64,000 nt of DNA, taken from assembly GCA_964106645.2 (NCBI GenBank), contig OZ067040.1; one strand, written 5' to 3'. The notes below the pieces were generated by a model. That model had not been told where the DNA came from. It did no database searches and saw nothing but the letters and a program-made list of their open reading frames with translations. The translations under genes were made by a program, and so were the position numbers. Positions 48,401-62,721 of this stretch are shown here, in pieces. The stretch's first letter is position 1; every line of letters begins with the position of its first letter. This DNA is from Podarcis pityusensis. Taxonomy: Eukaryota.

Positions 48401-50207
48401 TCTTCTAGAAAATGGTGGGAAAGAGTATGCTTATTATAAAGGGCAGAAAGAACAAACAGACAAATTGCTAGTTGGTTCACAGAGGCTCCATACTGAGTGA
48501 AATATTAAAGCAAATAAGCATAGGATCAATATGTAATAAATCAGCAGAAAACAAGTTTCCCTGCTGAAAAACAGTGAGATGCCATGAGGATGGGTTATAT
48601 CAGGTAAAATCAATATTTTCTTTGTCAAACTTTTTTTATGGTGAAAAAAAGGGAAGACATTTGTCTGCCTTTCAGCAGACGTCCTCAAAGAAAAACAAAA
48701 CAGAAGGCAGGTTAGTGCAGATTATAGCATCCCCAAGAAGGAAGTTGGTAAACTTCTTTTTTAGAACACACAAGCTGTTGGAGGTACCATGAAACCTCAC
48801 ATGTTAAATTATGACCATGCAGCCAGCTTCAAACTCTTACTCACTACCTTCCTCTCTGTTCTTCAGTCCTTTTCTCAGCCACCCTTCTCACAATGAAGAC
48901 TTTTCCATAATTCCTTTGTCCAGGGGGAGAGGTCAAGCTGAAGAACCAGACCAAAGTCAGTAGCTTTATAGGGCCAAGTGGCTTGTATTGGGCCATACTC
49001 ACTCTTTGTGTCACTTGAACCCTAGGAGGTGCAATATGACCGTCTGTAGTGGTGGCCTTGATGGTACAGAGACAATAAGGCATCTGGGTCTCACTACTGA
49101 AACCCTCTGGCATCTTATACCCCAAATGCCTCGATTCTTGTCCACAACTGTAAAAAAACCCAAAGTACTGTATGTGTATTTGAAATGGTTTTTGTGTTTT
49201 CATTGCCCTGCTGCGTGTTTTTCTTTTTCATGATTATGTTTTTATTATCCATTTTGCATTTGTATTTTTGGTAGGGATGGCGTAGGAATTTGGTTCCCAA
49301 AACAATACACAAGCATAAGTATCCTTCAAAATTCACACTTCTGTGATTTTTGCAATGCCAGAACGAAAATATGGGAATACCCATTTTGAAAAGCTACATA
49401 GCAGTCATGATTGCTGTACAGCAGTTTGAGATATCAATTAAATAAGGCTTGTGTCAGCCACCACTGCTTAGTTTGCCGTAATGTGTGAGTTAGGGGTTTT
49501 CAACCCAAAGGGTTTTGGCATACATACCTTGCTCATAGCCCCATAATTTATTACTGTAGTTAGATAGTCAGTATGTAAAAAGTGATCTGTCAAAAGACGT
49601 AGGTGATCTGGAAGAAAATGTGTGCACTGCCAAAGGATGTAAGGGAACCTGATAAATACTAGCTATGCTTGCTCAAAAGTAGGCCCCACTGATTTCAATA
49701 AGACTTATTTCAAAATAAACCTGAATTCTGAGTGTTTATTTATTCTTGAGACTGTCTTGTGATGTAAGAAGGTGTCTGGCTGTGCAGGAGATGCTGGTGA
49801 GAGCAACACATGCAAGGGCACATGACATGCAAAGATTATTCTAAACTACACCAGTTGCCAAGTAAGACAATCTGTGCAGTTGATATTTCTCCTGGCTGTG
49901 TTTACTCTCCTCTGAACAGTAAGTTAATGAAGGTGTTTTGAACAATCATGTGTTTGGCAATGAGAAATGATTTTTTTAAAATTATAGTCAAAATTTTGAA
50001 TTAGAAAGAATTTGACTTATGAAGTTTCACTTTGGGCACTTAAATAAAAATAAAAATAAAGCAGTTGATGAACAAGAACGTGATGCGATCACAAGCTCAG
50101 CATTTGTGTAGACAGCAGTAGTTTAATCAGCAAAGCATCTTTGCTGTCATTTATAAAATGAAAATCTGGGGTTAACGTGTTTAAAATTAGAAAGGCAATC
50201 CCTGTGT

Positions 50208-51370
50208 GTGTGGTTTTTTTAATTCAAATATTTTTTTATTGATTTTCATGTAAATACAAGAACAACATAGAACTACAGTAACTTGTCCAGTGGTACATTC
50301 TTAAGTTTCATATGCAGTACACAGTACACAAGCAATACATTTATTTATGCATTGTCAATTCAGGTTTCTTCTCCACAGAGATTCTTGTGTTGTGGGTGGA
50401 ATGAAAGTATATACTGTCTCATTTTTAAAGGAAAATAATGGAAGCCAAGTCTCAGCAAAAATGTCTATCTTTGAAGTGCCTTTATTTACCCTTCTATGGC
50501 AAGTAAGGCATTCCGATAGAGCCACATTCCAAATATTATTTACCCAGGTTTCAAGGGGGATTTCTATTAGCTGATAATAGAAAAAAATATTAAGTCTCTG
50601 CATTTAAGGTTATTTTTTAAATTTGAGCCTAAGGATAACAAGGCAAGAGCTGAATTGGGTGGAAGGAATTGCTGAGTAATTTTGGAAATAATCTGGAACA
50701 CCTTTCCCCAAAAGGTGTAAACCAACGTGCCACTCCACCATGCATGAAAATACGAGCCTATCACTCAGTGGCCTTTCCAGCATAGGCGAGAGATGGTAGT
50801 GTTTATTTTGGCTAGACGTGGTGGAGTCCAGTGCCAGCGAAATACAATTTTAAGAGAAGCCTCCTTCAAATGAGCAGAGATTGTACGTAGGGATGGGTTG
50901 TGCTAAATCGATTGCCATTTATTATCTGCAATTAGGATCCTCAAGTCTCTTTCCCACACTGTCCGGAGGCCTCCTGTATCACCTGCATATTGTTCTAAAA
51001 GAATGCTATAGTTTAAAGACGCAGCTCCTTTTATGCCATATTTTGATTTGTTATATAGAGACTCAAATGACATAAGAGAATGAAGGCCATTCCCCTTGCG
51101 TTCCAAGTATCTTGCAAATAATAATAATAATAATTTATTTATAACCCGGCCATCTGGCTAGGTTTCCCCAGCCACTCTGAGTGGTTCCCAACAGAATGAA
51201 TGTGCACAATTGAATAGATTGAAACCAGGTTAACTGGGCATCATCCAATTTCTCCATGAGATCATGCGTTGAGATTGCTTTACCTCGAGGCAGAAGGTCT
51301 CTTATCGACGGATACCTTTCTCCTCAAGTTTTTAAAATTGTCTTTATTTATCCTCTTGTTGGAATGATGG
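50208..51370 (-). mobile_element. 5'-truncated, decayed L1 (ORF2 C-terminus + 3'UTR + tail)
   Basis: 15-bp TSD AGGCAATCCCTGTGT (50193-50207, 51371-51385); minus-strand translation fragments LKIVFRWHWTPPRL...CWKG..HAWWS...FWGKV and WVNNIW...FAETWLP resemble the L1 ORF2 Cys-rich C-terminus; an L2-tail fragment is nested at about 51117-51196. Confidence 0.8.
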
Positions 51371-51934
51371 AGGCAATCCCTGTGTTTGATGGGAAGGGTA
51401 CAGTCAGACATAGCTGCTCGCAGAAGAAAAAATAAAGGAGCAGCTAGTTATGATTATAACTGAAAGATCAAATGACTCTTAAAACTATCATCCATGCCTG
51501 TCTGTATAGGCCACTTCTTGTTGTCTGAACTGCTTTCATTTGCACAAGTGCTTTTGGTAGGTTAGTTTAAGGCAGTCTTTGCCAACCTGGTGCCCTTCAG
51601 AAGTTTTGGACTACATTTCCCATCAGCCCCAGCCAACACAGCTATTTCAAGGGCATAAGGCTGATGAAGGCTGGTTTAAGAGATATTGAGCTTCAGGTTT
51701 TGCATCCACTGTGTGCAGGAAACTATTCCCTGTTTCATGAAAAGACAGCTTCACTAGATGTACATCTCCTTTAAAGTTTGTATCATACTGGCTCAACTGT
51801 GCTTCCTGAGCGCATGTTTGAAGCTCACATGTAGGTATGGCCTTGACAGGCTGCTCTTCATTTTATCAACATCAGTAAATGTGTTTTATTTTTAGAAGCA
51901 ACTGCCCTTTAGAGAGCACCTGCTGAAGTAAGAA

Positions 51935-52095
51935 TGGAATGGACTCCCCCTGGACTCTCCTTCATTGCAGGTTTTAATGCAGAGGTTGGAGGCCTTCTGC
52001 CAGGGATGCTTTAGTTGCAATTTCCTGCACTGAAGGGGGTTGGACCAGATGACCCCTGGGATCACTTCTAACTCTACAGTTCTATGATTCTATGA
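51935..52095 (+). mobile_element. CR1 3' fragment
   Basis: GACTCTCCTTCATTG..GGTTTT..GCAGAGGTTGG...GGGGGTTGGACCAGATG...TTCTATGATTCTATGA; similar shorter tails at about 54520-54596 and 54795-54860. Confidence 0.8.
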
Positions 52096-53724
52096 AACTA
52101 ACTGTGAATTTAAGCATACTTAGGCGGGAAGCTTTTCCACAAAATTCCTTAGTACACCACAACTGAGTGCAAGGATGCAAATATGCCCGATTAAAATATT
52201 GGCAAAGCAACTCTGAGAGGGAAAGTTCGGCATTGGAAAAGTGGTCACGTCCCCCCCGCACTCCGCCAATCCCCCCTGCCCCAAGTTTGCTATGTTTGCT
52301 TGTGAGGAAAACACCTTCAATATAAACCTAAGATCTGGCACTTTTTGCAATCAAGCACTGCTCACAAGCCCTATTCTGTGATTGCATTCCATATGCTTGG
52401 GGAGTTTTGCCTTCCCAGCCCCAACCCTCTTATGGCAATATTCTTGTATCATTGATAAACTTTACACACAGGCCTGGACACGTCACTGCCTGATGCAAAG
52501 AACAATGTGTGTTCCCCACCACCACTCAACTTCAGCTCAGAAACAGAAGCTGAATCTTAATTCACCCCGGTAATGGGTCTTCCACAGCACCTGAGGCAGC
52601 AGGCTAATTTAGTGTGGGGCAAAGGCATGTGATATAGTCTACATAGCTGTGTCTTCAGACACAGGGAACTGGGCAGGGCACCTTAGGAGCAACAACCAGG
52701 GAGCTGCTGCTCTTCCCCCTCCCTGCCCAGCACCTGCTGCTTGAAGTGGTTGCCGGACTTTGCCTAATGGGAGAGCAGCCTTGCTTACTCTTATATTCCA
52801 TATGTTCCCATATCCACACTCATCACTGTTTCACAAATGCCGTCTGCGGAGATAAATGTGCCCCATCATGTGAGACAGTCATCCACCTCTCTGCTCACCA
52901 GCGTGTGGATGCAGTGAACTGAACCTTTACCAAATATTCAGGTGTGATCATGGAAAAGGGGGCGCATGCTTCTTGTATGCACTTGTGTAGATAAAATGTC
53001 ACAAAAGCAGCTCTTCCAAAGATCTTCTGGAAATCTTTAATGAGCTTCAGATTGTGAAAAGCAGGGGGATGCTGCCACCTGTTGGTGTGCATTTTCATTT
53101 TCACAGACTCTTATCCTAAATTCTACTTCTTATCTTTCTCCATTAGGCTTTTGAAACAAAAAGATTAGCTGTGAGTGAAACATCAGCAGGATGACTCAAG
53201 CACTGTGGAAAGCAAGGTCCCTTAAGCAACTGCAGGTGACCAGCTTCTTCTTGCCTGGGGATCAGACAAAGTCCTGGATAAGTCAATGAATGGCTACTAA
53301 TCATGGTGGCTGAATACTACTTCCAAGAGCATAAGCCAAAGGTTGCCAACCATCTTGGACCAGTGAGCACATTTAAAATTTTGAAAGAGTTCTGTGGGCT
53401 CCAGTCACAAAATAGCTGCTATGGGGAGAGGGTGTGCAGCATAACATCACATGGCTGCCGTGGAGAGTGTGGCACAACACACAATTTAGAGAGACAGGCA
53501 CAGTGGACGACTTTGCTTTACCATGCAACCTCAGCTGTATCCTGCTGGCCCTGGTTTTAACATATACACACTATGCAGAGATGTTGCTGTCAATGTGTCT
53601 ATTTTATTGTTATGCCGTCTGTTATTATGCTTTTTATTATGTTTTTAATGTTTTACACCGCCCTGGGAACTTTGATAAAGGGCGTATATAAATTGAATTA
53701 ACATCAACAACACCAACACCATTT

Positions 53725-54072
53725 AATAATAATAATAATAATAATAATAAATTTATTATTTATACCCCGCCCATCTGGCTGAGTTTCCCCAGCCACTCTG
53801 GGCGGCTCCCAATCTAGTGTTAAAAACAGTACAGTGTTAAATATTAAAAACTTCCCTGAACAGGGCTGCCTTCAGATGTCTTTTAAAGATAGGATAGCTG
53901 CTTATTTCCTTCACATCTGAAGGGAGGGTGTTCCACAGGGTGGGCGCCACTACTAAGAAGGCCCTCTGTCTGGTTCCCTGTAACCTCACTTCTCGCAATG
54001 AGGGAACCGCCAGAAGGCCCTCGGCGCTGGATCTCAGTGTCCGGGCTGAACGATGGGGGTGGAAACGCTCCT
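53725..54072 (-). mobile_element. L2-type LINE 3' fragment with (AAT)n
   Basis: Close match to 23960-24315. Confidence 0.75.
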
Positions 54073-55374
54073 TAAAACAAATTACAATCTCAAGAATAAA
54101 GTGGGTGTTTAGATATTATTTTCCCAAAAATAATAAGCTAGCTAATATTTTGCCACATCACAATTTTGGCCTTAAAAAACTGTTGGCATGCTGAGCAGCA
54201 GAGGGCCCTCATTCTTCCCTAGAGCTATCTATGACATGGACTCCATGCAATATTCATTTCAGCTCAAGATTGGCATGCAATTGTTGTAAACATAACTTTT
54301 TTAAAGAATAAGAGGCTACCAAATGTACATAGTAAAACTTATATTGGCAATAAACACAAGAATGCATGTCAGGAGATAGAAAGGCAGCTCTGGTGACCAT
54401 GAGATGTTTACATGAGATGTTAACTCTTTATTGTAACCCCCAATCTGTAAGGGATGCTGGTGTAGCAATAAAACTGCTAGCACATTTGCAAAGTTAAGCA
54501 GGGTCTGGTTTGGTTTCAAAATGGATGGGGGACTGAGCATTGAGGAGGTTGGACTAGATGATACCTGGTTCTCTTCCAACTCTATGATTTTATGATTAAC
54601 ATTTTAATAACGTTTCAGAAAAATGTAATCGGTCAGTGTAAAGTTTAGCTATTCTGCAATTACAGAATTTGCATCCATCCATCCAGTCTATGGAACTGAG
54701 AGGATTTTGTATTTTTGTGCTGATGCAAACATTTGCACAAACTATATTGGCTACCATTCTATTTCTTACTTACAAGCATGGTGTAAATCAAGGAGCATTC
54801 CGGGGGGGTAGACTAGATGATTCTTGGGCACCTTCCAATTCTACAATTCTTTGATTCTATAAATAGAGGATTAGACTGGGGAAGAAAGCAATATGACATG
54901 ATTATTCTTAAAACCCTCTTTTCAAAAGGTAAAAGAGAGTATTTTATTCCCACAGATTCCGAAAGCACAATAAAGGATCAAAAAGAGGAAAACTGTTATG
55001 GAACTTCGGAAGAACCCTGAGACATGTGAGTTGTGCAAGTCCCACTTTATAATATTTATGCGACCTCCTGTATGCATTCTGTATGTAATCCAGTATTGCA
55101 TGTTTGGCTAGTAGCAGTTCTCCTGGGGCTCAGTATCTCACAAAACTGCTGGTGATGCCAAGGACTATGTGTGGGATCTTCTGTATGCAGAGCCCTGTGT
55201 AATGTCCATGTATATGCAGAAATGCATCTGCCCGCCCCTCTTCTTTCCAGTGTGATGGTGTTCACCAAAACACACAAGGAGCGTAATCAAATGTCCTGTC
55301 AGGTGCCTGTCTTTATGCTATGATTGACCCTTTGGAATACTGTAACATACTCTACATAGGGTTAAACTCAAAGA

Positions 55375-55955
55375 GCTGCCGCCAAGTTGCTGACTGGGGC
55401 TGATTGTAGGGAGCATACTATTTCCTTGCTACAACAGCTCCACTGGCTTCCAGTCTGTTTCTGGGCACAATTCAAAGTTTTGACCTATAAAATACTATAC
55501 AGCTTAGGTCCAAGATATCTGACCATATTCCCTCATACGAACCTGTCTGGGTTTTGAGATCTTCAGGGGAGGTCTTTCTTTTCAGTCCCACCACTTTCAC
55601 AGGCATGCTTGGTGGGGACACAGAACAGGGCCTTCTTGGTGGCTGCCCCCTGACTTTGGAACTGCCCCCTTCCCCAAGAAGCTAGACTGGCTCCCTCCTT
55701 GTTGTCCTTTGGTTGGCAGGTGAAGACCTTCTTCTTCTACCAGGTTTTTGGAAATGGACTTTTAACAAAAGGGCTGGTGCTATGCTGTTTTTATCATAAT
55801 TATTTGTATGTTTAAACAGATTTTATATGTATATAGTTTTAATTATATCAGTGTTTAGTTTTTTAAATTATTTTTTTATATATTTTAACATTATATTTTT
55901 TAAAAACTGTCAGCTGCCTTCAGTCTTGTCAGGAAAAAAGGCAGGGTATAAGTAA
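55375..55955 (+). mobile_element. Older L2-type 3' fragment
   Basis: CAGCTCCACTGGCTTCCAGTCTGTTTCTGGGCACAATTCAAAG...AGGGCCTTCTTGGTGGCTGCCCC..TTTGGAAC (LHWLP-type ORF2 end); similar remnants at about 28300-28730, 44560-44870 and 56840-57270. Confidence 0.55.
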
Positions 55956-58760
55956 ATATAATAATAGTGATAGTCCTAATATAGCCAGGATTATCTGCAT
56001 AGGGAAACTTCCATGTGAGGATTCTCATATGTGTAGGGATTATGTGTAGAAGAAAAATCTGCACACCATCAGACTGACTGCTAAGAAGCATTGTGTGGGT
56101 GTCACTGCCAGCACTGCCAATAACGTTGTGAGGTGCATATTTCTGTGTCACAACTGGTCATGCTGTTAAAACTTGAGCACGTGGCTACATAACACTGCAG
56201 TGTTAACTGGGGCAGAGTGGTACCAAGATGATGCTATCAGGCATTGCATTAGCCTCCAGGAAGGCCACTGGGGTGTTGTTTTCTGGAAAGACCACCAATG
56301 GCCCCACTTTCCATCTCATTAACACAGTCTCCAGAAGCCATGCAAGGTTATTGCTGAGTCATGTAGAAGCAAACACTTTTCAACAGGAGATGAGCACTGG
56401 CAACTTCATGGTATTGCTTCATGCCATACTGACAGCGAGTATGGTAGCTTGTTGGATTAGACAATTTGTTAGTCATATTCAGCATAGTGTCAAAATACAA
56501 ACACGATTAACTTACAGATGAGGTATTTAGTGGCAATATAGGTAGGGGTGTCTCCTCTTCACACCCTCCAACTTTCTGAAGCAAGTAAAGCTGAATTGTG
56601 CAATTTAATGTATTTATTTATTGGGGACATTTCTAATCTGCTCTTCAGTGAAATATCTCAGAGTGGCAAATGTAGATTAAAAATTAACAATAACATAATA
56701 ATATAAAAACAAGGAGAAAGATTTGGTGAAACTAGACAGCTCATTAAAGCACAACATATGGTCTGGGTGGTAACAAGGTCTCCACATGGGACCAGAGTTG
56801 AAATGCCACAACTCAGATCCCCACCCCCATAAATCTGAAGAGGGGCATTTGAGGTGGATCTCAATTGGGAGGAGGCAGTTCTTAAGTGAGCCTGGTCCCA
56901 GGCCATTTAGAATTTTCAACTTTAAAAGCAGCAGCTTGACTTGGTCTCAGAATGAAGCCAGTGCAGCTGTTTCAAAACTGGCGAGAGATGCATTCCATCA
57001 GTTTGGCCCCACTGAGTAATCTTAACTGCTATATTCTATGCTAACTGCAGCTTTTGCACTCTCTTCAAGGGCAGTCCCATGTAAAATGGGTTGCAGTAAT
57101 TTGAGATGTACCAGAGCATGAATGATTGTGGCCAGGCTATTCCAGCTGAAGAGAAGGTGCACCAGCATTAGCTGAAAGGAACCTCTCCATGCCACTTGAG
57201 CTACTTGAAAAAGGACCAGAGCTATAAGCATCTGCAAAAGATAAACCTGGTCCTTCAGGGAGAGTGCAAACACCACCTGCGGGCACGGTAGCCCCTCTGT
57301 CTTATCAGGATAAAGACTATTTGCAAAACTAAGTCCTGCTTAGCTGTCTCTCCAAAACTGAACACTTTCAAGCCTATATCCACATTTATTGAGACTAGAC
57401 AAATGTCTTTAAAAAAAATTGAGTTTCAGAATTATTTCTGTGACCAGTATCAAAATCAATATTTTCTTCTTACACAGAAGTGCAGAAAACATAGTTCACT
57501 TTGCAAAAATTATGTATGTTTTGCAGAATTCAGCTTTTATTTGCACAGAATTTGAAAAACCATGGCAGTAATTTTGCTTGTTTAAAACACCAATGAAAAA
57601 GGATGAAGTACACAGAAAGTGCATGGTAGTACCTAGGTAGCAATTATCAGGTGTGTCTCTGAAATGGCGGACTAGCACTGTGCAAAAAACATGGCTGCTA
57701 ATCATAGCAAATGAATCAGCCAGCCCATTTCCCAGAGAAACAAGGTAAAGAGATTGCCACAGGCAACGGTTTGCTTTGGGCAGAAAGTAGTAGGCATATC
57801 TCTCAGTTGATCCAAATTCTTGCAAAACATCACTTACTTACAGAGAATCTCCCTCGTCAAGGTTGGAAAGCTTATCTGTAGACAAAATATTTATAGCTGT
57901 TAGTTTAGTTCTAATAATCTGTTCATTAGAACATATTAGGAGACAAAAAACCCCTCCTTTATATAGATTACAGATTATGCGTGATTCATCATAGTTATTT
58001 CTGGCAGCACTTCTTGGCACACAAACATTTCTTTGAAGGCAGAATTTACCATCAAGCTGCTTTATGGGTTCTTTTGAGAGGCAGAATAGATTGCTCTGTA
58101 GTACAGAGCAGGAAATATAAAACAGCCTCCCACCTGCTAATGATCATCAGCCTACTTTGGAAAGCGTAAGAGCTACGAGTTCTCTAGCTGTCAGTTACAC
58201 ATTGCCTTCCTACGCAGACTGTTAAAATTGAGAAGCTAGGTTATTTCATGTTAAACTAAACAGTGCCTTAGGTTCTTCATTACTTAGCTAAATCAAATTG
58301 GTGTTTTGACCCTTTTTGTTATTTTAGCTGTTTGGGAAGGAATAAAATTGCAGATACATACCACATGGACAAAAAGCAACAGTATTTTGTTATATAACTA
58401 CATGGTTGTTGTTGTTTTTTAAGGTGATGGCCCTTTTCCAACAGTGAATGGTAACAATTATTAATTATGATTAATCTGTAGATAAAGAACTTGAGGATTG
58501 AGTAAATTCAGCTGAAGCTAATGTTTTCATAGCACAGCTAATTTAAGAAACGAGCAATTGTTTTAATTTTGGTTGGTGTGATTGGTTGATTCATACTAAG
58601 TAGTTCCTGACTTACTTAAGGCAATAAATTCCCTCTGAGTAGGGCTACAAATTCACCCAAACATTGGTGTCTGCTGTTGTTTTTGTTTCTTAAACAGTAA
58701 TGCTCTTAAAGTGACTCGGTGCTGAAAAAAGCAACAGCCAGAAACATTTAAAACAAACCA

Positions 58761-58766
58761 TTTATT
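58761..58766 (-). terminator. WASF1: WASF1 polyadenylation signal (AATAAA)
   Basis: TTTATT on the plus strand about 750 nt past the stop, followed on the minus strand by TGGTTTGTTTT and U/GU-rich sequence; the intervening 3'UTR is repeat-free. Confidence 0.65.
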
Positions 58767-59513
58767 TAAATCAAACTGTTATTTCTAACAGTTACATAAG
58801 TTACATAGAATGGCTAAGTCAGAAGATTTCACAAGGTGGGGGAGGAGGGTCAAACTCTCAAGCAGGCAAAATAGTATCACACAATAGGTACCAGTAAAGA
58901 AAATCTTAAAACATTCAAATAAGGCCATAATTTTTAATTAAAAACAACAATAAAACCCCCAAAGATCATTATTTGTTTTTCTTTCAGTGTGTCCAGTGCT
59001 GCTAGAACTACATGTACCTTGCAATGTACAGATTTAATCCAGGCAGTAATAACTAGGGTGCAAACCCCGAAGTTCGTCTCCTGCTCAAATCCCTATGAAG
59101 TACCTGGGAATTGCAGCACTTGATGGATTACACCCTTCTCTGTTTTTAAACTGTTAACAGTGTAGTAATGCTCATTACTACGTACAACTCTCCTGGAAGC
59201 TTCTGCCTTCATAACTTAAAATTCACAAAGTGCACAGTTAAAGATATGCCAGAAAATTTAAATCTGCTACTCTACCAACAGCTGCCCATGCTTAATACTT
59301 AGTGGTCTACTGGAACAAAATTACACTCTTTTAAAAGAGCTGTATCACTGTAAAACATTTAGTTTCAAAGATGTGCCAACATTTTGTGAACTGAAAAGTA
59401 GAAAAACATGGATTATATAAAGAAAATACAAAAACACTAGAAATGACCAAACAGTTTTAAAGAACAAGCACCACAATGGACATCAGCATTCAGTTTAGTA
59501 GCATATATCCATT

Positions 59514-59747
<234 letters not shown>

Positions 59748-61129
59748 TCAAAGCATTGCCAAAGCAATGTTTTAGACAGCTTTTTATAGTTCATGCATTT
59801 GCGGTTTCCCCAGTATCTTGCAAATCTCCACAAAAAACTAGTTTGTATATGGCTATAGGTTTATACAGGGAGGGGATTTCATGTAACATAGAGAAAATTG
59901 TTTTGATTCTTCTCCTAAGGACATAAGTGTATGGAAATATAAGGCATAAAAATGCCATTATCACACAGTGAGACTCCAGTTTCTCCTCATGAACACAAGC
60001 TATTTCTACTTTTTTTTAAAAAAAAAAAGTACCAAAGGTTGAAGTTATAATTGGCTACTAATGCAGATGTCTTTTTGAGAGGCATATATTCTTTTCAATC
60101 ATGCTTTTACTGTAAAAAGCAACAACAAACTTCTGTTGTAGCTTGTATTAAATATTCAATGGTCCTTTAGTGACAATGAAGTTTTTTCCTGGTAGCTTTA
60201 GAAATCAGCTCAAATAGAAGGCTGATGGATGCTAATCCTACCAGTAAGTATTAGCAGCAATAAATATTATATACCCTTTTCTTCTTCTTCATTGTCCTTT
60301 TTAGGGTTCTAAACTCATCAACAACAGTTGCCCATATGAAAAAATTCCAACTTCCCCTTACTGTTGATTAAAAAATAAATTCTGCCTGCATAGTTAGTTG
60401 CACGTGGAGAGAGTCACACATGAAGAGTAAACTGCAGCAAAGTCTAGTAGAAATGGGATAATGGCTTCTTTTATTATTTCAGAGTAATTTAACAGCAAAG
60501 GGAAATGTCAACAACTCCCTCAATAAATATTCCGAGGTTTGCTGCTAAATTGCTATAAAAATTGTAGCCTCTGATATGGTGACTAAGACTCCCAGGAGAT
60601 AAAACTAGCCTCTCTCAAATTATGCTGGAGAACAACGTCTAAGAGCACATGCTCTCCAAATGTTAAGCAAGCCTGACCTTCCAATGTTGGGATATGCAGT
60701 ATATACACAAAGCAGAATACCACTTGGTGATTGTCTTATATGCCCACCCCCTTTCTGCTTTGCTTTATTTAAGTTGAGAAAATACACAGCTTTTCTGAAA
60801 CCATTCTCAAGCTACTAATTATCTAAAGTTGACAATGTAAAAAGACCGACGTCATGAAAATTATCATAGTTTCTAGGTGGCAGAAGGATGTAACATGACC
60901 AGCACAATATCTATCTGTATTTGATTGGTTAAACAATTTGCAATTAATAGAAGGAAAACCTGGTTTTTCTATTTATTACATAAATTGTGGGTTTTTAAAG
61001 TCATTCTGGCTCAATTTAAAGAAATATTATTTAAATAATGCTATAACCTCATGGTCATAAAACTGTAGGCCAATTGTTCTGTCATGTGAACACTTCTTCA
61101 GCTAACATGAAGCCACTTTTACATTCTTA

Positions 61130-61500
61130 TGTTAAGGAGCCCATCTCGTCCAACACCCTGTTCTCAAAGTGGCCAACCAGAAGCTGGTGGGAAATCCGCA
61201 AGCAGGATTTGAGCACAAGAGCATTCTCCCCTCCTGTGGTTTTCCCTTCCTGTGGCCTTATCACCTCCAACTGTGAAGGCAAAACCTAGGCATCATGGCT
61301 ATGTTATGTCTAATCCTCTTTAGTTCCACAGTTAACTATGTGCTGCATGAAGAACTTTGTTTTATCTGTCCTCAATCTTCCAACATTCAGCTTCACTGGG
61401 TGTCCATGAATTCTAGTGTTGTGTCAGAGGGATAAAAACTTTTCTCTATTTATTTTCCCCAGGCCATGCATAATTTTATAAACTTCTAACATGTCACCTT
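61130..61500 (-). mobile_element. Old CR1-type 3' fragment in WASF1 intron
   Basis: CCCATCTCGTCCAACACCCTGTTCTC...CAAGCAGGA...CATGGCTA...TGAAGAACTTTGTTTTATCTGTCCT; a related short tail lies at about 3030-3200. Confidence 0.5.
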
Positions 61501-61695
61501 TACACTTTAGCCAAGGATATGTAAAGTGCATATGAGAAAAGAATCTATATATGGTAATCTGCCTATTTTGCAGAACCAATGAAGTGTTTAAAATATCCTC
61601 AACAGAAATAATTTAATTGAAAACATTAAATCTGCTAAGAGAGTATTTGATTCATTAAACGAATAACGCTGCTAACCAATGAACAGAAGAGATAC

Positions 61696-62291
61696 CTTTT
61701 CGTATTGCTTCCAGAAGGACACTTCTGGCATCGCTGATGACAGGTAGTGTTGATGGGTGACGCTTGGGTTCAGGAGCAGGAGTGACTTGTGAAGGTGGTG
61801 ATGGAGGCATTATTGGAACGTGAGCCCCAGGGGCAACAGATGTGGGAGTGTGGGAGAGTGCTGTAACTGGTGATGAGGGTCGGATGCCAGGAGGTGGCAA
61901 TGGAGGAGGAGGAGGAGGTGGAGGAAGTCCTTGCATTTCGCCCTGTGGAACTGGAATGGCTTCACAGACTTGGGCCGCTCTGGTGACGGGAGGAGAGGGT
62001 TGTGCCAAAGGAGGTGCAATTGGAGGAGGAGCAGGGTGAAGCACTCCAGGAGCAATCTGGAGAGGAGCTGGGGGCGGCGGCACAGCTGGAGCTTGCAAAA
62101 CAGCTGTTGGAGGGGGTGGAGGCGGTGGCACTGGAGGTGGTGGAGTGGAAGTCATTGCAGATCTTAATGAAGAAGTTGACAAGGCGGATGGAAGGGGTGG
62201 TGGAGGTGGAGGAGGAGTAGGACTCACAAACACTGGTGTTCTGCCAGTAGCAGGTGACTGAGGACGATTTTCAGTCAAACCTGTGGTAGAG
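61696..62291 (-). CDS. WASF1: WASF1 proline-rich exon (to start of WH2)
   Basis: Acceptor TTTTCCATTTCAG|C TCT ACC ACA GGT; donor AAAAG|GTATC; 596 nt (1+594+1) keeps frame; encodes [32 protein letters not shown]...[14 protein letters not shown]. Confidence 0.95.
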
Positions 62292-62581
62292 CTGAAATGG
62301 AAAACACTCCAAGTGATTACTATAAGAGTGAAAGCTGGCCACAGGGCATTTATATTTAACTTTCAATTAAACTCCAGTAATACGGCTATTGCAGATATAT
62401 TTTTGCACAAGCATGCTAAAGGGCACCATAGTTTAGTCATTTACTACAAGCTTTTACTACTCAAACAATGTAACAACAACACTGCGTTATTTACGCTTTC
62501 ACTTTTTGAGAATGTTCCATAAATTCAAGTTCTGTCATATGGCCAGTGCTAGACTGAAACCAACTTGAAATACCCTTAAAA

Positions 62582-62721
62582 CAGGGGTGAGGGATCTGTG
62601 GCCCTCTTTATGGTATTAGACTGCAATTCCCTTTATTCCTGACCATTGGCCAAGGTGGTTGCAGCTGGTGAGAGTTGGGAGTCCCAACAACATCTGGAGT
62701 GCTTTGGTTTCCCCACACCTG
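62582..62721. mobile_element. Short palindromic hAT-type MITE
   Basis: Ends CAGGGGTGAGGGATC / GTTTCCCCACACCTG with an internal inverted repeat; fragments of the family also at about 2455, 19835 and 51570. Confidence 0.6.

Noticed and set aside
62281-62282. Alternative WASF1 acceptor (CCACAG|GT)
   Set aside because: Would remove 11 nt and break the frame; the AG at 62292-62293 has the polypyrimidine tract and preserves phase.
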